A DNA stretch of 64,000 nucleotides from Candidatus Bathyarchaeia archaeon (GCA_050012255.1 JBEKHN010000001.1:328392-392391), one strand, 5' to 3'. Shown: positions 41,578-52,697, numbered from the stretch's first letter. Notes: generated by a model from the letters alone, not told the origin. Made by a program: numbers and translations.

Positions 41578-42255
41578 GTGCGCTTAAAAACCCCAAAACC
41601 AAAATCCTCAGAGAAAACATTCGCGAGATGCATAATAGAACCTGGTAAGAGCCACCTGACTTTAAGAACGATCACCACCTCAGTGGACCTGAATTTCACT
41701 AGCCTAGGTTTGCCTTTCTGGATAAACAGGGGACGCGAAGCGATAGATTCCCCGAGAGGCGATACGATGAGTGGATTCTACGACGTTTCCAAAGTCGAAG
41801 GTTCACTTGAGCATGATGCGGAGAAACAAGGGATAAGTGGTGTGGGTGTCGACGAGCATCTGATGTCATTCACCCCGCCTGAACGTTTCTGGAAGAGGAT
41901 AGACGGAGTTTTTTCTGCACTGACGAGGTCTACTGTGCGTTGTGGTATCTGGAAAATGAAATAGACGCAAGGGGATTCGAGTACAAGGATGGCGCGGTTT
42001 TCATCCGTGCGACTAGAGAATACTTGATACTAATCGATTTCAAGATCGAATACTTGATTTGACGACCTCAAGCAGTTTCCCATAAAGATTCGCATCTTAG
42101 CAGATACAACAAAAGGAAAGTTGAACGCAGTGGCACGGGCTATGGCTGAGACAGAAAAGCAATTGGCGCTCAAGATCATCGATGGCCAGTTTGTTTTTAA
42201 AGACGGAAGAAAATTAAGGCTAACAAATGGATATGGTCAGCACGCTTTACATTGA
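41578..42255 (+). pseudogene. 5'-truncated, frameshifted paralog of 39964-41067
   Basis: LG.PFWINRGREAI.SP.GD.MSGFYDVS..LTNGYGQHALH; frameshifts near 41910 and 42057; starts at decayed motif TAGCACGTGCGCT. Confidence 0.9.
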
Positions 42256-42453
42256 AAGCTGTGCCATTAAGTGAATAAAGATTGGTGTTTAGTCTTCATG
42301 ATTTTCTTTATGTTTTTTCACTTCCTATTTCATCAATTCAAAGAAAAGGTTGATGCCAATCGCGCGCGCTCGACGCCTTTTACACAAGCTGGAACTAATG
42401 AATCCTTATAAAGAACGTTGATCTTCAGTGAAAATAATGTTCGCGTGAAAGAA

Positions 42454-43941
42454 ATGACAAGCATCAAAACTTTGCTGATTAATGTCCAAGGTCCTTCAAC
42501 ATATCCCCATTTGGGATGTGCCCATCTACTGTCTTCTTTGAAATCAGCAGGACATGAGGTAGACTTTTTGGATCTTGCATTTGTCAAAGATGCTAGACAA
42601 GGACGAAGAAAATTGCTGGAGAAGTTGTCTAGCAATCAATTTTCCCTTGTTGGTTTCTCTCTAAATGAGAAAGAAGAAAGCTATAAAATGGCATTTGATC
42701 TTGCAAAGAATACAAAAACTTCTTATGGTCTCCCCGTTATTTTTGGAGGTGCGCTTTTCGGACACCCAGAACTATGTGTCGAATATCTTTCACTGCCCTT
42801 TGTCGACTTCGTCGCAAGTGGAGATGGGGAACTAACACTTCCCCGCTTAGTTGAGGCTCTGAACCGCCCGAAACTAGAGGAAGTACCAGGGCTTTGGAGA
42901 AAAACAAAGAACGGAAAAATCATCGCGCCTCGAACAGAAAGCTCTATTGAAGATCTTGATTCTGTCCCCTATCCTTGCTATGACGACTTCAACCTGCAGG
43001 AATATTCCCCTGCTCTTCCCATCTTGACCAGTAGAGGTTGCCCATGGGGAAAATGTAGATTTTGCAATGATATTGCTGGGGCAGCTTGTCATTTCACATA
43101 TAGAGAAAGATCCGCTGAAAATGTCTTTGCAGAACTGAGTTACCTTAAACGCAAATACTCTTCAGTAAAGATCTTCCCTTGGAACGATCAGATGATATGC
43201 TTTAATCTTACTAGACTTAGGGAAATTTGTGACTTGATACGTGAGTCGGATCTTGAGATTTTCTGGGCTGGAGGAATCTATTCTATGCCCGGTCTAGGCA
43301 GGGAAGTATTTCAAGACATGTTTTCGGCTGGTTGTCGCGCAATTAGCTTTGGCGTTGAGAGTGGAAGTCAAAGGATCTTATGGAGGATGCTCAAGGGGAC
43401 AACAGTGAAAACGAACGAACGAATCATTAAAGATGCGAATAGGGCTGGCTTGAAGGTTCGCACAGGTTTCATAGTTGAGTACCCAGGTGAAACACGTGAG
43501 GATGTAGAGAAAACTATTGCTTTCCTGAGAAAAACAATTGACTACATAGATAGTGTGACAATTAGCCCTTTCTCGTTGAGACTTGGTTCGCATATTCAGC
43601 GACACATAGAAGAGTACGTACCCGCAGGTCTTCTTCGCGACATCAAGCGGCCTCCATTCACCACAAAGTTTGCCTATCCAGTGAAATTGAAGAGAGAACA
43701 CGTAGAGAGTGTTCAAAGGCTTGAGGAATTTGTAGAAGATGCAGGGAAACAAAGGGAACTCACTGTTTGCGGCTATAATGTTGCATACTTCCAGTCTAGA
43801 GATGGGTTGAGATCCGCCCTGCGGCCGATGTATGCTCGGGGTATTCGTATATGGAGGCATTCCTTCAAATCCATGGGGTATTTGTATGTGCAGAGACTCC
43901 TTCGGAGGTATTATCGAATGCGCTCGCGCGTTCGCTTGTGA
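42454..43941 (+). CDS. Cobalamin-binding radical SAM protein
   Basis: PHLG..L..AGH, GDGE, SRGCPWGKCRFC, FGVESGS, PGET. Confidence 0.92.
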   Translation: MTSIKTLLINVQGPSTYPHLGCAHLLSSLKSAGHEVDFLDLAFVKDARQGRRKLLEKLSSNQFSLVGFSLNEKEESYKMAFDLAKNTKTSYGLPVIFGGALFGHPELCVEYLSLPFVDFVASGDGELTLPRLVEALNRPKLEEVPGLWRKTKNGKIIAPRTESSIEDLDSVPYPCYDDFNLQEYSPALPILTSRGCPWGKCRFCNDIAGAACHFTYRERSAENVFAELSYLKRKYSSVKIFPWNDQMICFNLTRLREICDLIRESDLEIFWAGGIYSMPGLGREVFQDMFSAGCRAISFGVESGSQRILWRMLKGTTVKTNERIIKDANRAGLKVRTGFIVEYPGETREDVEKTIAFLRKTIDYIDSVTISPFSLRLGSHIQRHIEEYVPAGLLRDIKRPPFTTKFAYPVKLKREHVESVQRLEEFVEDAGKQRELTVCGYNVAYFQSRDGLRSALRPMYARGIRIWRHSFKSMGYLYVQRLLRRYYRMRSRVRL

Positions 43942-44319
43942 GCGCGAGCTGCGCTAAGCTTTCATACTTTCCGGCGCTCAAAAAGCAAATACCTTGCGCA
44001 CACCCCTTTTTATGTTTTGCATGAAACTGTCTTCGGAACCACGGGTTACTCAATCGACAATGATCTTCAGTTCGGGAATCTCCCTTTTTATTGAAGCCCC
44101 TGTCGCGCTTAGGACTGGACGAAGAACTTTCAACTGATACGTCTTTCAGACCGACGATGACTTCAGCAGGAACACATCTTGTTGACTGTGGTGCAGCTTC
44201 GACATTTATTGGCAACGTTGAGCGACTTCCATTAACCACAGCATTCACCTGTCAAATGAAGTTGAAGAAAGGGCACGGGGAGCGTATTGAAAGGCTCAAG
44301 GAATTGGTAGCGCGCGCTA

Positions 44320-44919
44320 AATTTGAATACTCCTTCATTATTACATTATTATATTCATTATGCATACTTCTGTCAATTCATGGACTTTGATTCAATTGAT
44401 ACGATGATGGAGATTGGAAGCGGCTCAGGAAAACAAATCGAAGTCATAAGAAAGCTTCACCCAGATGTTTGCTTTTATGTAATTGATGTACCACCGCAAC
44501 TATATGTATGTGAACAGTACTTGTCTGTCTTGTTCCCTGATTCAGTAGTCTCGTACAGAAGAACACGAACAATGAAAATCATTCCTGAGGAACGTCAGGG
44601 AAAAGTGTTCATTATCGGAAATTGGAAAATCCCTGAATTGGCAAGTTTGAACTATGACTTATTTTGGACTAGCGCAAGCTTCCAAGAAATGGAACCTGAT
44701 ATTGTATTAAACTACCTGAAATATGTAAACCAACAAGTGAACAAGTATGTGTTTCTTTGTGAAGTAATGGAAGGGCAACAGCTTGCCAATGTGAAAGGTG
44801 AATACGGAGTTCTCGAACGGACAAAGCTTGAGCATTACAGAATAGGACTTCGAGATTTTAGACTTCAAGATTTGTCGAGAGCTGTCTTTCCTAGCTACAT
44901 ATCGCGTGCGCCACTATAG
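44320..44919 (+). pseudogene. Fragment of a putative sugar O-methyltransferase
   Basis: EIGSGSG, IDVPPQL, SFQEMEP..YL; no N-terminus, begins after TAGCGCGCGCTA 44308-44319 and ends at CGCGTGCGC ~44903. Confidence 0.65.
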
Positions 44920-45072
44920 TTTTTCGTTTCGGTTCAGAAAACAATCGAAATATCCTCCTCAAGTAAGTGTAAGATGCGCGCGGTGATCAACATTCTCACA
45001 TTTCAGTTTGAACGGCCTAGACTAAGAGGTAACTATAAGAACTGTGTATGCAACATAAGAATCGTGGTCAAT

Positions 45073-47787
45073 TTGCGTAGAGAGTTTCCTATTTTCGTTA
45101 CCTTTCTTCTCTTGATAGGTACAACTGGATGTATAGTTCACCCCAGTATGCTCAATGTGCCTGCTACTAATAGTCACATTATAGACTTTCCAATATTTCC
45201 GGAAGATGAAGAGCCTAAATTGCTGACTAAGCCTGATCTATCTCAAGAATGGCTTTGGTTAAGTGCAAAATGTTGGGATACAAGAGGAGAAGACGTGCTA
45301 ATTGTGCTGTCCGTTGCCAAGCAATTTGCGTACCTTTTACTCCGTATAGAAGGTAGACAAGGGAGGATAGATTTCGATATTACAGAGTCTAGTTATGAAA
45401 ATGGATTTTTAACAGTAGGCACAACATATCCACGTCTTGTATTTGACCTACACAACCCTCACAGATGGACTGTTTATATTGATGAAAATAGGACACTTGT
45501 AGTAGAACAGACCTATCGTGGCGCACCTTTATGGTACTGTAAAACTACGGACGCCAAGGATATGCTTAGAATAACCAATTCCTCGTTTTTTGGAGGCTAT
45601 GACGGTCCGTCCTCGATAACTGGCTATTACACAGAAGGAGAGGAAACAATCAACTTTTCAGGATATGGCATATACGAACATACATGGCTTTATGGCGAAC
45701 AGGGCGCTTGGATTGGAGCCGACGCCAGATGGATGTTTTTCCATGATGACCTATGGTATGGCATCGTGGTGCTCACAACCGACACCAAAACAGACGAAAT
45801 TTTGACGAGGACTGGACGCCTTGCCATTGAAGGCGATCCCTCCAAAGTATATAGATTTGATGATTTTGAGTGGCAGGATGATGGGAAACAATACCCCACA
45901 GCAATTAGGATTTATGGAAATTACACCGACTTACAGGGTAATTATGTTGGACAAGTTGATTTATCTTCTTCAACTTATACTTATTTTGGCATTTGGTTGG
46001 TGACCGATTTTGCTGGTGTAATTGGTGATGCTTTATTTGATGGTTTTAGTTGGAGCGAAATTCATAAGCCTTCACGCGCGCCGTGCATTGGCGACATCAA
46101 CGGCGACGGTGTTGTTGACATTTTTGACGCAATAATCTTGAGCAATGCCTTCAACAGTGTGCCCACCAGTCCTAGCTGGAATCCCAACGCAGACCTAAAC
46201 AATGACGGCAAAGTGGACATTTACGATGCCTTGATATTCTCGAACAATTGGAACGCCCAATCGGAAATTAACCAAGGTGAAATCCTCAATTACTTGGATT
46301 ATAATTTGAACCATCGTCAAGAGATAGGGTTGTTAGATTTCGTATTTACGCTTGACAGCTACGACATGCTTGGGATAGAAATTCCAAACAGAACTCAGAC
46401 AATAGAATATCTGAATAGCATACAATCAGACGAGGGAACTTGGCTGACTGGGCAAAATCATTATGTTCCGATAACGGCTCAGGTTCTGATGTTTTACAAT
46501 AGATCAGGAGTAAAGCCGGCAAAATCTCTGGAACCTTTCTTCTCAACTATCGATACTTGGGAAGAGGTCGTTAAACACGTTCAAACCTACGACTCAGGGA
46601 ACATTTGGGGTGGACTATGGGGATATGTCACATGCTATGTTGTTTATAAGGGAGAGAGCCCTCCTTGGACGAAAGAATTTTTGGACGCAGCAAATAGCCA
46701 CTTTGACACGTGGGCTTACGATAATCATCAAAGAACGCATCTTATAATGAATCTCTTTCAATTGGGTGCATCTGTCCCAAGAATCAATGATGTTTTGAAC
46801 ATTGCGCTAAATCAGCAGAAAGGAGATGGCAGCTGGGACTCCTCTTTACCAGAAACGGCTTTCATGGCAGGAGCCTTGCAACTAATAAGAAACCAGACAA
46901 CCGTTGACCAAACTTTGATAGACTCTGCTATTCAAGGGTCTATCAACTTTACTGAAGGCTGTTACAGAAGGATTGAATCTGGCGGTAAATTTTATGCAGG
47001 TTTCGCATCCAATCTCACTGAACAGAATCCTAATCCTTGGGCAACTGGACTGGGCATATACTCGTCTTTGAATCCTGAAAGCGACGTTTGGCTAAGATGG
47101 TTTGCACGTGTGCATGGAAGCTTCGTGTATTTTCCGGAAAAGCCAATAGTCAACGAGCAGATAGACTTCAACGCGTCAGCCAGCTACTCACCAGGAGGAA
47201 ACGTAACAAGCTACGAATGGAACTTTAACGACGGTAACACTGCAAAAGTAACGGTGCCTATGATGAACCACACTTATGCTCTGCCAGGGAACTACGCTGT
47301 AACTCTAAACGTGACGGACGACAACAACCTATGGAACATGACGACAAAAACAATAAGAGTGTATTCTGAGCGCGTTTATACGTTCAGTGTTTCATGGCAG
47401 GGCTTGAATTATACGATAATCGCTTTGAGCAACTCGACTGTAGCGAACTTCAATTTCAATTATTCGTTGAAACAAATAAGTTTCAACGTGACAGGCTTAT
47501 TTGGCACAATGGGCTACTGTAACGTTTCCATTCCGAAAACATTTATGTCGTGCGATTTTCCAAGCCAATGGAACGTGAGTGTTGACGGCTCTCCAATAGA
47601 CGATCTTAGGGTCACAGAGGATACCAACACATACTTGTTCTTCACCTATGGTCACTCTACGCATGAGATAATTGTTGTGGCTGTTAATGTTGTGCCAGAA
47701 TTTCCATCGGTCGTAGCCCTGCTCTCGATTTTGATGGTTGTCTCGCTCGGTTATGTCGCCGCAACAAGAAGACATCCGAGAGATTAG
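45073..47787 (+). CDS. Mosaic surface protein: barrel domain + dockerin + prenyltransferase-like alpha-barrel + PKD + PEF-CTERM-like anchor
   Basis: GDINGDGVVDIFD/DLNNDGKVDIYD; QSDEGTW, QKGDGSW; YEWNFNDG..VTLNVTD; VVPEF+TM+RRH. Start uncertain (44974 or 45073). Confidence 0.85.
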   Translation: MRREFPIFVTFLLLIGTTGCIVHPSMLNVPATNSHIIDFPIFPEDEEPKLLTKPDLSQEWLWLSAKCWDTRGEDVLIVLSVAKQFAYLLLRIEGRQGRIDFDITESSYENGFLTVGTTYPRLVFDLHNPHRWTVYIDENRTLVVEQTYRGAPLWYCKTTDAKDMLRITNSSFFGGYDGPSSITGYYTEGEETINFSGYGIYEHTWLYGEQGAWIGADARWMFFHDDLWYGIVVLTTDTKTDEILTRTGRLAIEGDPSKVYRFDDFEWQDDGKQYPTAIRIYGNYTDLQGNYVGQVDLSSSTYTYFGIWLVTDFAGVIGDALFDGFSWSEIHKPSRAPCIGDINGDGVVDIFDAIILSNAFNSVPTSPSWNPNADLNNDGKVDIYDALIFSNNWNAQSEINQGEILNYLDYNLNHRQEIGLLDFVFTLDSYDMLGIEIPNRTQTIEYLNSIQSDEGTWLTGQNHYVPITAQVLMFYNRSGVKPAKSLEPFFSTIDTWEEVVKHVQTYDSGNIWGGLWGYVTCYVVYKGESPPWTKEFLDAANSHFDTWAYDNHQRTHLIMNLFQLGASVPRINDVLNIALNQQKGDGSWDSSLPETAFMAGALQLIRNQTTVDQTLIDSAIQGSINFTEGCYRRIESGGKFYAGFASNLTEQNPNPWATGLGIYSSLNPESDVWLRWFARVHGSFVYFPEKPIVNEQIDFNASASYSPGGNVTSYEWNFNDGNTAKVTVPMMNHTYALPGNYAVTLNVTDDNNLWNMTTKTIRVYSERVYTFSVSWQGLNYTIIALSNSTVANFNFNYSLKQISFNVTGLFGTMGYCNVSIPKTFMSCDFPSQWNVSVDGSPIDDLRVTEDTNTYLFFTYGHSTHEIIVVAVNVVPEFPSVVALLSILMVVSLGYVAATRRHPRD

Positions 47788-47804
47788 GAAGGAGACGAAA
47801 TCGT

Positions 47805-48695
47805 TTGAAAAAAGGTGAAGTCACACGATACGTTGGCGGTTTGCTTGCTTTGGTGGATGTTCTCGGATGGCAAAAGTGGTTCGGAGCAGCTGTCCTGGGG
47901 TTTGCTTTTGCACTTGGCTTAAGCAGCAGTTGTTCGCTGCTTCAATTTCAAGGATTGGTTGTCGCAATTCCACTGATTCTGTGTTATATTCAATCTGTCA
48001 ACGATTGTTTTGACGTGGAAATAGACAAGATGAAGGAGAAAATCATGGGGAAGGAGCTGATAGTTTCAAACATAATTTCGAGAAAGATGGCGTTGGTGAT
48101 GACTTTCTCGTTTCTCCTGGTTGGGCTTGTGTCCGCCGGATTTGCTTCTGTGAGTCTTTTTATAGTTGCATCTGCGATGGCATTGTTGGGGACGCTTTAT
48201 TCGGTTCCCCCTTTCAGGCTCAAGATGAAGTATCCGTTCTCCACCTTGATACAATTCGCAGGCTGCTTTTTGCCTTTCCTCGCCGGCGTTGCTTCCATAA
48301 ACTCCGTAACGCTCCAAGCATTAATATTATCTTCAATCTTTGCAGTTCTGGCCATGATTCATAGGTTTGCCCACGAGATCAAAAACTACAAAGCCGATCT
48401 CGTGACAGGAAAAGAAACCGTGGCAGTCAGGAAGGGGTTAGAAACCACGACAAAGCTTTTCAGATTGTCCGCAATGCTCGGAGTGGTCGAGTATGCTGCT
48501 TTCTTTGTTCTAGGCTGGTTCAATACAGTTTCACTGTTCCTTTTTGTCCTTTATCTAGCCCTCATCATCGCACCCTAGGTTTGGCTCCGCCACATGCCTG
48601 AGCGTTTGAAAACGGTGTTCAGTCGTATAATAGTATTCTCCAGTTTCATTCTGCTGCTTGCCGTCCTTCTGTTGTATGGGAAGATTCTGGTTTGA
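47805..48695 (+). CDS. UbiA-family prenyltransferase with in-frame TAG at 48576-48578
   Basis: NDCFDVEID, YSVPPFRLK, D..TGKET; the frame continues past TAG for 38 codons including a TM helix. Confidence 0.8.
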
Positions 48696-49513
48696 TCGAA
48701 TCTCTTTTCCCAACATCCAACACGGCTAGGCGTGCCGAAACTAATAGTACAGCGGCGGGTATGAAAGCAATGTGCACGGTGGTATATCATTTCGGTAATG
48801 GAATCGTTGCCTGCGGTTCTCCGTGCAAGATTCTTTCCACGACTTCAAGAAAGATTTCCAAGTCCATTTTGATCCTGGCTCTTTTTTCGCCTCTGATTCC
48901 ATACTCGTATCTATCCTTGGAAGTGCAGACGTTTCCTTTGAGTGGAATGACAAGGCCCCTAATATTGAATCTCCAGTGAACTGTTAAAGTGATCTTGGCC
49001 ACCGTGTATGGGCCATGCTATGGCAATTAGTCTCTTGTACTTGGCTTGCTGTTTTCAAGCAGTCTGAGTACACTGGCGTGGTCGGTCGCTATTCTGAAGT
49101 CGAAGTTGATTCTCTTTGATTCTTTCTGCGCGCGCTTCTTTGACACAAAGATCACCCTACTGTTGATGTCGCGTGCGCCCACAGTTCTATCAACACGTGT
49201 TCTGAAACGAGCCAAGCTAGACTTGGTGGAAATGCGCGTTCCTTCCTTCGGATTTGATTATCTTCATTGATTTAACCATAATCCACTGTCCCTGAGCAAA
49301 CATATCAATGATATTTCTATGGAGGACACAATACTCACAGGGTCATAATACACTTCGCCCCATTGACGTTTTGTTCTTCTTCTCACGTGGGCAACTAATT
49401 CGGGTGGCTGGCTCTTCCTGACTCGAGAATAACTCTTAAGAGAGCCTTTCTCTTTCAAAACTCCAAGAACAAGAACACCACGTATTCTTGACAGTTCGAG
49501 GAAGAATCATAAA

Positions 49514-51628
49514 TTGAGCAAAAGCCAAAAAACTTTCACGGTGCGCATTCCAAGGCTGACCCAAAGCGATTTATGGCTGGCGGCAAAGGCCTCCACGCTT
49601 ACAGTGGCCGTTGCAGCGCTATACTACCAGGATCTGGCGCTTATCTTCAATGATGCCCTCAAAAACGACGCAACAAGCTACATACTCGTCATACCAATAC
49701 TTTTAGCTTACCTCATTTATCGCAAAAGAAAAATGCTCAGAGCAACCGTCGCGATAAGCGCGCAAGAGGAATCCAAGAAAAACTACTACGCGACACTGGG
49801 GGGGATCCTGCTTTCCTCGGCCGCAGTAATACTATACTGGTACGGAAGCTACACCTTCACCCCTTTAGAATATCACATTTTCAGCATGCCCCTACTAGTA
49901 GCAGGCCTAACACTGGTGCTGTTCAACCCTCAAACGTTGAGACAAGCACTATTCCCAATAGTCTTCCTTTTCCTTCTGGTTCCGCCTCCATCAGAAATCC
50001 TTTACGGCTTCGGCTCGGCGCTCAGCGTGTTCAGCAGCGAAGCCTCAGCCGCCATAGTCCAACTCTTTAGAATACCGGCAACTCTGACAGGAGAATACGG
50101 GACACCAACCATCATCATAACCCGCCCAGACAACACCACGATACCTTTTACAGTTGACATCGCCTGTTCAGGAATATACAGCATCATCGGATTTTTCGTG
50201 TTCGCCGCGTTTGTAGCGTTCATCGTGAGAGATAAAACGTGGAAAAAACTCTCAATATTCCTCATCGGTCTCCCGCTAATCTATTTCCTCAACATCGTGC
50301 GTATCACGACTTTGCTGGCAATAGGTTATCAAGTGGGTGCAGACCTAGCGCTTCAAGTGTTCCACCTCCTGGGCGGATGGATCCTGATTTTCATAGGCAC
50401 CCTCCTGCTTTTAGTAGCTTCTGAGAAGCTGTTCAAGACGCGGTTGTTCTCCCCCAGGGGAAAGAGCGAATGCCCCGAATGCGCGGCAAACATATCAAGC
50501 CATGATGAAGCGTGTTCCGCCTGTGGAAAAATCAAGAAATACCCACGGCTCGCAATCAAACGAGAAGACGTAGTCAAGATCGCAGGCATTGCAATCGTAA
50601 TAGCTCTTCTCTTGTGGATCCAGATGCCTACATTCGCCTTGGCCCGCAGCCCTGCCCCTATACTCGTCACAACGTCGGAAGGCACAACGGGAAACACGGA
50701 ACTCTTCCCTTCCATCAACGGCTACAACCTATCATTCGAATATCGGGACACCACATTTGAACAAGCGGCGCAACAAGACTTCTCGCTCATCTTCTTCTAT
50801 ACCCCGCAAGAAAGCTATAAGGTACCTGTCTGGCTGGGAGTCGAAATCGCGTCCACCACAGAGAGCCTGCATCGTTGGGAGACCTGTCTCATAACATGGC
50901 CTGAGACCCATCAATCTCAACCACAGGTGAGGCAGCTGGAACTGAGGGACGTGAAAATCATGGACAATCCTCCAGTCACTGCTCGCTACTTCGCATTCCA
51001 GTACCTAACAGACAATCAGACACAGCTGGTTCTCTACTGGTACGAAAACACCTTCTTCACCATAAACAACTCAACCCAACAGAAATATGTTAAGCTGAGT
51101 CTAATCACCTACCCCGACAGCCCACAAGACGTTTCAAACATAGAACTTCAGCTTCTTCCCATGGCCGAAGCAATCTCAGCCCATTGGGAACCGGTCAGAA
51201 CCTGGGCCATCGCCAGCATACTCATAAGCCAACACGGAACAGAATTGCTCGCGACGACCACCATACTCCTCATAGTGCTAGTCATGCTATACCTCAACGA
51301 AACAAAGAAGCAGTCAAACGCAAGCCTGAACGCTTATCAGAAACTCTCTAGACAGAATCAACAGCTGGTCGATGCAGTTCAAAAAAGCGAGAGACACAAC
51401 ATGCCAACTCTCAACAGGATTAAGCAGAACTACGAAGCAACCAGTGGCCGCAAAACTGACGCAGAAGCCTTACAGCGGAGGCTCAGTGACCTGGAAAAAA
51501 CAGGCATAATCAAAAGAGTAACTGGAACCGACCAAGACGAGCCAATCAAGACCTGGAAAACCCAAACAGACTTTTTCCTCTACAGAATATTTGGAATCAA
51601 GAACAAAGCTGCAGAAGGAAACGTATGA
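49514..51628 (+). CDS. Exosortase/archaeosortase family protein fused to Zn ribbon, EpsI-like and wHTH-like domains
   Basis: VDIACSG, NIVRI, FHLLGG (Cys-Arg-His triad); CPEC..CSAC; LHRWETCL, VLYWY. Confidence 0.9.
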   Translation: MSKSQKTFTVRIPRLTQSDLWLAAKASTLTVAVAALYYQDLALIFNDALKNDATSYILVIPILLAYLIYRKRKMLRATVAISAQEESKKNYYATLGGILLSSAAVILYWYGSYTFTPLEYHIFSMPLLVAGLTLVLFNPQTLRQALFPIVFLFLLVPPPSEILYGFGSALSVFSSEASAAIVQLFRIPATLTGEYGTPTIIITRPDNTTIPFTVDIACSGIYSIIGFFVFAAFVAFIVRDKTWKKLSIFLIGLPLIYFLNIVRITTLLAIGYQVGADLALQVFHLLGGWILIFIGTLLLLVASEKLFKTRLFSPRGKSECPECAANISSHDEACSACGKIKKYPRLAIKREDVVKIAGIAIVIALLLWIQMPTFALARSPAPILVTTSEGTTGNTELFPSINGYNLSFEYRDTTFEQAAQQDFSLIFFYTPQESYKVPVWLGVEIASTTESLHRWETCLITWPETHQSQPQVRQLELRDVKIMDNPPVTARYFAFQYLTDNQTQLVLYWYENTFFTINNSTQQKYVKLSLITYPDSPQDVSNIELQLLPMAEAISAHWEPVRTWAIASILISQHGTELLATTTILLIVLVMLYLNETKKQSNASLNAYQKLSRQNQQLVDAVQKSERHNMPTLNRIKQNYEATSGRKTDAEALQRRLSDLEKTGIIKRVTGTDQDEPIKTWKTQTDFFLYRIFGIKNKAAEGNV

Positions 51629-52485
51629 TCCGAATCAGGACAGACAATCGGAAACTCACCATGACAGGCCCTAAGGTCGCAGGTAGCCTGCTTCTCATTC
51701 TTGGGATTGTTCTCCTCGGCCTCTCAATAGGCTACTCGGCCTCTATCCCAGCATTCGCAGGCCTAGGCCTCATCTTTTGGGGCATAATCCTCATCTACAT
51801 ACAAACCGAGGACTACGCAAAGAGCACGGTGCTAGACGCAACCGCTAAGTCACTTCTTACAAGCCTAAATCAGACGCTGGAAGAACTCGACTACAGAGGC
51901 AAGGCCGTATACCTGCCACCAAAATACCTCAACGATCCAGAAGCCACAAAAATCTACCTGCCTAAGCAACCAGGCATCAGGCTTCCTCCGCCAGATCAAA
52001 CGCAAAAACTCGAAAGACAAACGTCACAAAGAAACCCCCAAGGAATGCTCATCGTGCCTCCGGGAGCAGACCTCACGAAGCTCTTTGAAGAAGCCCTGGG
52101 CGCGAAGCTCATAGGAAAGACGCTCAAAGATCTCGAAGAAAACATGCCAAAACTGCTTATCGAAGACCTAGAACTTGCCACAGAATTCACAATCCAAACC
52201 CCAGCAGAAATCAGCCCACAAGAAACAGGAAAAACAGAGGGTGCCGACCAGAAGAATCATGACACGATACATGTCAGAATTACCACAGACCTCTATCCTA
52301 CGACGCGTAAGCAAGCCCAGCAACAACTCATGATGCACGGTAACATCGGCTGCCCAGTCACAAGCGCGATAGCGTGCACCCTGGCAAAAGCAACAGGCAA
52401 ACCAGTAGTCATTGAAAACCAGCAAACCACCAAAGATGGCAAGACAACAGAAACAGAATACCGAATCCTAGAAGATGAGACATGA
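51625..52485 (+). CDS. Membrane protein translationally coupled to the exosortase
   Basis: Two N-terminal TMs, AVYLPP, PPG..L, GCPVTSAIAC; ATGA overlap. Confidence 0.75.
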   Translation: MIRIRTDNRKLTMTGPKVAGSLLLILGIVLLGLSIGYSASIPAFAGLGLIFWGIILIYIQTEDYAKSTVLDATAKSLLTSLNQTLEELDYRGKAVYLPPKYLNDPEATKIYLPKQPGIRLPPPDQTQKLERQTSQRNPQGMLIVPPGADLTKLFEEALGAKLIGKTLKDLEENMPKLLIEDLELATEFTIQTPAEISPQETGKTEGADQKNHDTIHVRITTDLYPTTRKQAQQQLMMHGNIGCPVTSAIACTLAKATGKPVVIENQQTTKDGKTTETEYRILEDET

Positions 52486-52697
52486 TGGCTTTTCCATTAG
52501 GCTTATGGGACATAAGCCTGCTTCTTGCCGTAGCAGCAATTATTCTCCTTATCACCTCAGAACTGCTCTCCCCTTACTATGGAACAGCAAACCTGAAAAT
52601 CAGCAGAAAAAGACTAAGAAACTCGGCCCTGGCAACCTCAATACTCTTTCTCGTCACAGTAGCAATCAGAATAGCCAGCATAATCCTCGGTTTCTGA
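52482..52697 (+). CDS. Small two-TM protein in the exosortase operon
   Basis: ATGA overlap; ITSELLSPYYG. Confidence 0.7.
   Translation: MMAFPLGLWDISLLLAVAAIILLITSELLSPYYGTANLKISRKRLRNSALATSILFLVTVAIRIASIILGF

Noticed and set aside
48700-49460. Several short ORFs between UbiA and the exosortase
   Set aside because: No recognisable product; probably degraded fragments around the motif at 49128.
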